Under the pieces are notes generated by a model, which saw nothing but the letters and a program-made list of their open reading frames with translations, had not been told where the DNA came from and made no database searches. The translations under genes were made by a program, and so were the position numbers. A stretch of DNA of 59,345 nt, filler included, from Chloroflexota bacterium (lineage in GTDB: Bacteria > Chloroflexota > Chloroflexia > QHBQ01): assembly GCA_043754535.1 (NCBI GenBank). It is 5 parts of 5 records of this genome, joined end to end, with 100 filler letters (N's around TTAATTAATTAA, not from the genome) between each part and the next. Parts side by side here need not be neighbours in the genome. Positions count along the whole stretch, not along the records: positions 45,754 to 55,942 come from JAYUUN010000089.1; positions 56,043 to 59,345 come from JAYUUN010000094.1; 3 more parts are not named here. One strand, given 5' to 3'. Positions 55,877-59,345 of the stretch are shown in pieces. Every line of letters starts with the position of its first letter. The stretch's first letter is position 1.

Positions 55877-55905
55877 ATTATAGGGCCAAGCAGCAGTTTT
55901 GTCAA
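55877..55905 (-). promoter_or_regulatory. Perfect consensus sigma-70 promoter
   Basis: TTGACA-aaactgctgcttggccc(17)-TATAAT on the minus strand. Confidence 0.8.
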
Positions 55906-55942
55906 TAGTCACCTGACACCACACAGGGTCTTTTCGTAAAAC

Positions 55943-56042
55943 NNNNNNNNNNNNNNNNNNNNNNNNNNNNNNNNNNNNNNNNNNNNTTAATTAATTAANN
56001 NNNNNNNNNNNNNNNNNNNNNNNNNNNNNNNNNNNNNNNNNN
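55943..56042. other. Artificial contig linker
   Basis: N-run + TTAATTAATTAA + N-run. Confidence 0.98.
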
Positions 56043-56045
56043 CCC

Positions 56046-56105
56046 TTGACAGCAGCCAGCAAGGAGTGTATAATCAGGTTATAGGTTAATCGAACGTTCG
56101 ATTAA
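56046..56105 (+). promoter_or_regulatory. Consensus sigma-70 promoter plus perfect 20-bp palindromic operator (likely TetR site)
   Basis: TTGACA-17-TATAAT (56046-56074); TTAATCGAACGTTCGATTAA (56086-56105) between promoter and RBS. Confidence 0.85.
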
Positions 56106-56111
56106 GGAGCA

Positions 56112-56738
56112 GTGATGGGACGACGTGAAGGACCATCCGAGGAGCGACGGCAGGCGATCTTGCAGGCAGCGGAAGCCGAGTTCGGGGCGCAAGGCTACGA
56201 GGGGGCGGCGATCCGGGCGATAGCCAGGCGGGCAGGGGTCAGTTCGGCCCTCCTCTACTGGTTCTTCCCCGACAAGGCCCAGTTGTTCATTGCGGTGCTG
56301 ACCGCCCGCCTGGAGACGCTCGGCAACCTGCCGCCACCCAACCTTGATTTCCCTGACCTGCCACCCGCCATCTTTCTGCCCCAGTTTGCACACAGCTACC
56401 TCGGTTTGGCGACTAATGTAGAGCAATGGGGGCTGATCCAACTAATGGCACGGGCGATTGACCGCGAACCGCAACTGGTCGCGGCCCTGGCCGCAAAAAT
56501 CGTCGAACGGGTGCTGCACCCGCTGGAACACTACTTTGCCGGGCAGATGGCGCGGGGAACGCTGCGCCCGCTCGACCCGGCCTTTGTTGCACAGGCGTTC
56601 CTCGGTATGTTTATCGGCTATGCGCTGCGCCGTGAGGCCTTGCGCGAGCCACAGATTCAAACGTGGGATATAGAGGCTTATGTTGAGACGGCGGTGGCTA
56701 TTTTCCTCAACGGTTTGCTAACAGGAGGGCAACCTTAA
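56112..56738 (+). CDS. TetR/AcrR family transcriptional regulator
   Basis: RRQAIL.AA...F...GY....IR.IARRAGVS..LLYW.F.DK..LF. Confidence 0.95.
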   Translation: MMGRREGPSEERRQAILQAAEAEFGAQGYEGAAIRAIARRAGVSSALLYWFFPDKAQLFIAVLTARLETLGNLPPPNLDFPDLPPAIFLPQFAHSYLGLATNVEQWGLIQLMARAIDREPQLVAALAAKIVERVLHPLEHYFAGQMARGTLRPLDPAFVAQAFLGMFIGYALRREALREPQIQTWDIEAYVETAVAIFLNGLLTGGQP

Positions 56739-58048
56739 TGACGACCCTAACCATGAACCGGGCGCACACGACAGCGGCGGTTGAGCCACAAGAGACCATG
56801 ACCACCACCTGCGCTATCGTCGGTGGCGGCCCCGCCGGAGCGGTGCTGGCCCTATTGCTCGCTCGACAAGGCATTGACGTAACCCTGTTGGAGAAGTTCA
56901 GCGACTTCGACCGCGACTTCCGGGGCGACACGATCCATCCCTCGACCCTTGATCTGCTCGACCAGATGGGGTTGGCCGAGCGCGTACTGGCAATACCACA
57001 TGGTGAGCTTCGGGCGGTTGCTTTCAGCGTCCCCGGCGGCATGGTCAAACTGGCCGAGTTCAAAGACCTCAAGGTGAAGTATCCGTTCATAGCGATGGTG
57101 CCGCAATCAGATTTTATTGATTTTCTGGTGGCAGAGGCCCAGCAATACCCCAACTTCCACCTGCACATGAGCGCGACCGTCCACGAGTTGATTGAAGAAG
57201 GCGGCACGGTACGCGGCCTGACTTATGACGACCGGGCCGGGCGGCACGAACTCCGCGCCCTGCTGACCGTTGGGGCTGATGGCCGCTTCAGCAAGGTGCG
57301 CCACCTGCTGAGCAGCCAGTCGGTCAAGGCCGCTGGGTCGGTTGACATCGTGTGGTTCAGGCTGCCCCGCTTGCCAGAAGATGGAGAGATGCCGCTCGGC
57401 AGCAGCGGGCCGGGCGTGGCGGTCGTCTGCCTGCCGCGCCCTAGCGACTGGCAACTGGGCTATATCCTGCTCAAGGGCAGCTACAAAGACTTCCAGGCCC
57501 AGGGCGTTGAGCATCTGCAAGCCGAAGTCGCCCACTACCTGCCGCCGCTGGCAGGTCGGGTCAAACAGTTGACCGATTGGAAGCAGGTTGCCTTCCTCTC
57601 CGTCGAGTCAAGCCGGGTCAAGCAGTGGTGGCGGCCCGGCGTACTGCTACTTGGCGATGCCGCCCACGTGATGTCGCCAATCGGGGGGGTCGGGATCAAC
57701 TACGCGATCCAGGATGCGGTTGTGGCGGCCAACATCCTCAGCCAGCCGCTCAAGTGGGGGCGCGTCACCGACTACCAGCTAGCTTTGGTGCAGCAGCAGC
57801 GCGAGTGGCCGACGAAGGTCATCCAGACCTTCCAGCAGCTAGCCCAGGAGCGCATCCTCAAAGCGTCGCTGACAGCAGGGCAGTCGGTGCAGATACCCTG
57901 GCCGTTGCGCCTGCCGATTGTCGGCAAGTGGCTGGGCCGCAAGATCGCCCATCTGATCGCCTACGGCCCGCGCAAGGTCACGCTCAAGGTTGGGCGGCAA
58001 GCTGACGAAACAATAGCCCGCTCGTTCGTCTTAGCTTTAAGCGATTAA
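56738..58048 (+). CDS. FAD-dependent monooxygenase/oxidoreductase (UbiH/PheA-like)
   Basis: IVGGGPAG, DF.RDFRGDT.HPST, VGADGR.S, LGDAAH.MSP.GGVGINYAIQDA. Confidence 0.93.
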   Translation: MTTLTMNRAHTTAAVEPQETMTTTCAIVGGGPAGAVLALLLARQGIDVTLLEKFSDFDRDFRGDTIHPSTLDLLDQMGLAERVLAIPHGELRAVAFSVPGGMVKLAEFKDLKVKYPFIAMVPQSDFIDFLVAEAQQYPNFHLHMSATVHELIEEGGTVRGLTYDDRAGRHELRALLTVGADGRFSKVRHLLSSQSVKAAGSVDIVWFRLPRLPEDGEMPLGSSGPGVAVVCLPRPSDWQLGYILLKGSYKDFQAQGVEHLQAEVAHYLPPLAGRVKQLTDWKQVAFLSVESSRVKQWWRPGVLLLGDAAHVMSPIGGVGINYAIQDAVVAANILSQPLKWGRVTDYQLALVQQQREWPTKVIQTFQQLAQERILKASLTAGQSVQIPWPLRLPIVGKWLGRKIAHLIAYGPRKVTLKVGRQADETIARSFVLALSD

Positions 58049-58154
58049 GCTAGAAAGGAGCTTCCTTAAAATAAATGAGCAGGAGCGCGACGAGCAGACG
58101 AGCAATGAACAGACCAGCAGCGAGGCGATGACGACCGACCTGCTGGGCAGCGAA

Positions 58155-58229
58155 TGTCGTCCCAACGCCGTGATTAGCCGGGGCGCATTGAGCAAGGTAG
58201 TACGCCGGGCAACCAACTCCATGCCATAA
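58155..58229 (+). pseudogene. Tiny remnant of the SLH cassette C-terminus
   Basis: CRPNAVISRGALSKVVRRATNSMP* aligns to CFRPNAAIRRGELSKVVRRAISVLP* (1654-1732); no start or upstream SLH sequence. Confidence 0.7.
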
Positions 58230-58699
58230 GCAATAAAACAGGGCTTGCATTTGTTGCTGGCTTGTGCTATCACACAAGCAGATATTTGTAGATTGGCACA
58301 CCAACATTGCGGGTGCCACTGGCACAGGAAGCAGCAACATGGCTAATCGAAGCTCGGCTACGGCATCCTACTCCCGGCCCGGCTGGTTGCTGACCGCCCT
58401 TACCTCGCTGACCCTGACCGCACTAATGAGCGGAACACCGCCGACGTTCGCGCAGCCGTCGGGGAGGCGGGGTGGGCGGCGTTACGGGCGGAAGCGGAGC
58501 GGCTGACAGATGGCCCCCAGTGGCGGCCTGCGTTGCCGCCGGGGGTGGGTGCAGTGGCGAACTAGGGTTTGCGCCTCTCGCAGCGGCAAATAGGCCCAAA
58601 ATTGGTCGGCAGCGGGTATTGGCAACGGCCAACAGTGTGCTATAATGAGCTTGTTGCAGTAGCCTCTCGCACGCAAATCGTGCGTAAACCTACGCCGGG

Positions 58700-58881
58700 G
58701 TTGCAACTACCACCCCACCTTTGAGGGGATTGAAACCAAATCGGGACGTTGTAGCTACTCGCCCTTTGTAGTTGCAACCACCACCCCGCATTTGAGGGGA
58801 TTGAAACCTTGCCCGTGTGCGGTGGCCTGCCTCTCCTAGCTCGGGTTGCAACGACTACCCCGCATTTGAGGGGATTGAAGC
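58700..58881 (+). CRISPR. Orphan mini CRISPR array: 3 x 37-bp repeats, 2 spacers (34 and 37 nt)
   Basis: Repeats GTTGCAACnACyACCCCrCmTTTGAGGGGATTGAArC at 58700-58736, 58771-58807 and 58845-58881; ATTGAAAC 3' end; CCCC/GGGG stem; TGcTATAAT in leader at 58638-58646. Confidence 0.9.
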
Positions 58882-58927
58882 ACAGCAGCCACCAGATGAT
58901 CCCCATTACGCAGGACGGGTGCAGCCT

Positions 58928-59345
58928 TTGATCCTCCCCGAAGAAAGAGACGCGCGCTTCATCACCATTCGTCGTGGTGGCTCGCTTACGGACGCGAACC
59001 ACCAGCTACTTGCCCTATGGGCAGCCGCGTGCGCGGAACACGTCCTGCATCTATTCGAGGCAGTACGGCCCGCTGACCTGCGACCACGCCATGCTATCGA
59101 GCAGACTAGAGCGTGGGTGCGCGGCGAAATCAAGATGTCTGAGGCTCGCGCTGCTGGGGGTTACGCCAACGCAGCAGCCCGCGACCTCAAAGGGGCTGCC
59201 CGCGTAGCCGCTTACGCCGCGGGCCAGGCTGCCGTTGTCGCCCATGTCGCCGCCCACGAACTCGGGGCGGCTGCCTACGCGATCAAGGCTGCACGTGCTG
59301 CTGCACCTGAAGGCCAGAGCGCACAGGCTGGCTGGATCGAGTGTG
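58928..59345 (+). CDS. Imm5-like putative immunity protein, 3' truncated by window edge
   Basis: Manual translation from TTG: MILPEERDARFITIRRGGSLTDANHQLLALWAAACAEHVL.LFE..RP.D.RPR.AI...RAW.RGE...AAGQAA.VAHV..H..GAA.YA; absent from ORF track because there is no stop. Confidence 0.8.
   Translation, partial: MILPEERDARFITIRRGGSLTDANHQLLALWAAACAEHVLHLFEAVRPADLRPRHAIEQTRAWVRGEIKMSEARAAGGYANAAARDLKGAARVAAYAAGQAAVVAHVAAHELGAAAYAIKAARAAAPEGQSAQAGWIEC

Noticed and set aside
56091..56100. CGAACGTTCG as a LexA/SOS box
   Set aside because: Lacks the 4-nt spacer of GAAC-N4-GTTC; better explained as the centre of a TetR operator
58264..58506. Short ORF upstream of the CRISPR array as a possible cas or toxin gene
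   Set aside because: No recognisable motif or strong RBS; overlaps probable leader DNA

Overview
GC-rich bacterial DNA, most consistent with a Chloroflexota (Chloroflexia-like) draft genome; this is inferred from SLH-protein style, Chloroflexi-type secreted domains and an NHLP-clan leader. The window joins five contigs with artificial 100-bp N/TTAATTAATTAA linkers (3485-3584, 14054-14153, 45654-45753, 55943-56042), so synteny across linkers means nothing. Contig 1 holds gene debris (SLH tails, an IS1-like relic, a sigma-70 relic) and a truncated nSTAND1-type NTPase. Contig 2 is a conjugative/ICE-like module: VirD4-like coupling ATPase, Replic_Relax relaxase, ParB, HEPN, HNH. Contig 3 has an MmeI-like RM 3' end, a UbiG-like methylase, an ECF sigma/SH3 anti-sigma pair, gluconokinase, a 12.7-kb Arn-like glycosylation cluster, tRNA-Gly, purB, darA with an M50-CBS protease, rlmD, an SLH protein and small EF-hand-motif proteins. 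Contig 4 has a His kinase, a cyclase-STAND-TPR protein, small peptide genes, an SLH protein and a DD-carboxypeptidase. Contig 5 has TetR plus an FAD monooxygenase, a 3-repeat orphan CRISPR array and an Imm5-like gene. The top candidate for an undescribed system is in contig 4. Two tandem peptide genes have unrelated leaders: a 90-aa NHLP/Os1348-like leader and a 43-aa hydrophobic-leader ORF missing from the ORF track. Both end in D-x-PPGIGGGSC, conserved through synonymous codon changes, and they lie directly upstream of the cyclase-STAND-TPR and His kinase genes. A third unannotated 35-aa peptide with a similar leader lies about 5 kb away. All family assignments are from motif recognition, not database searches.
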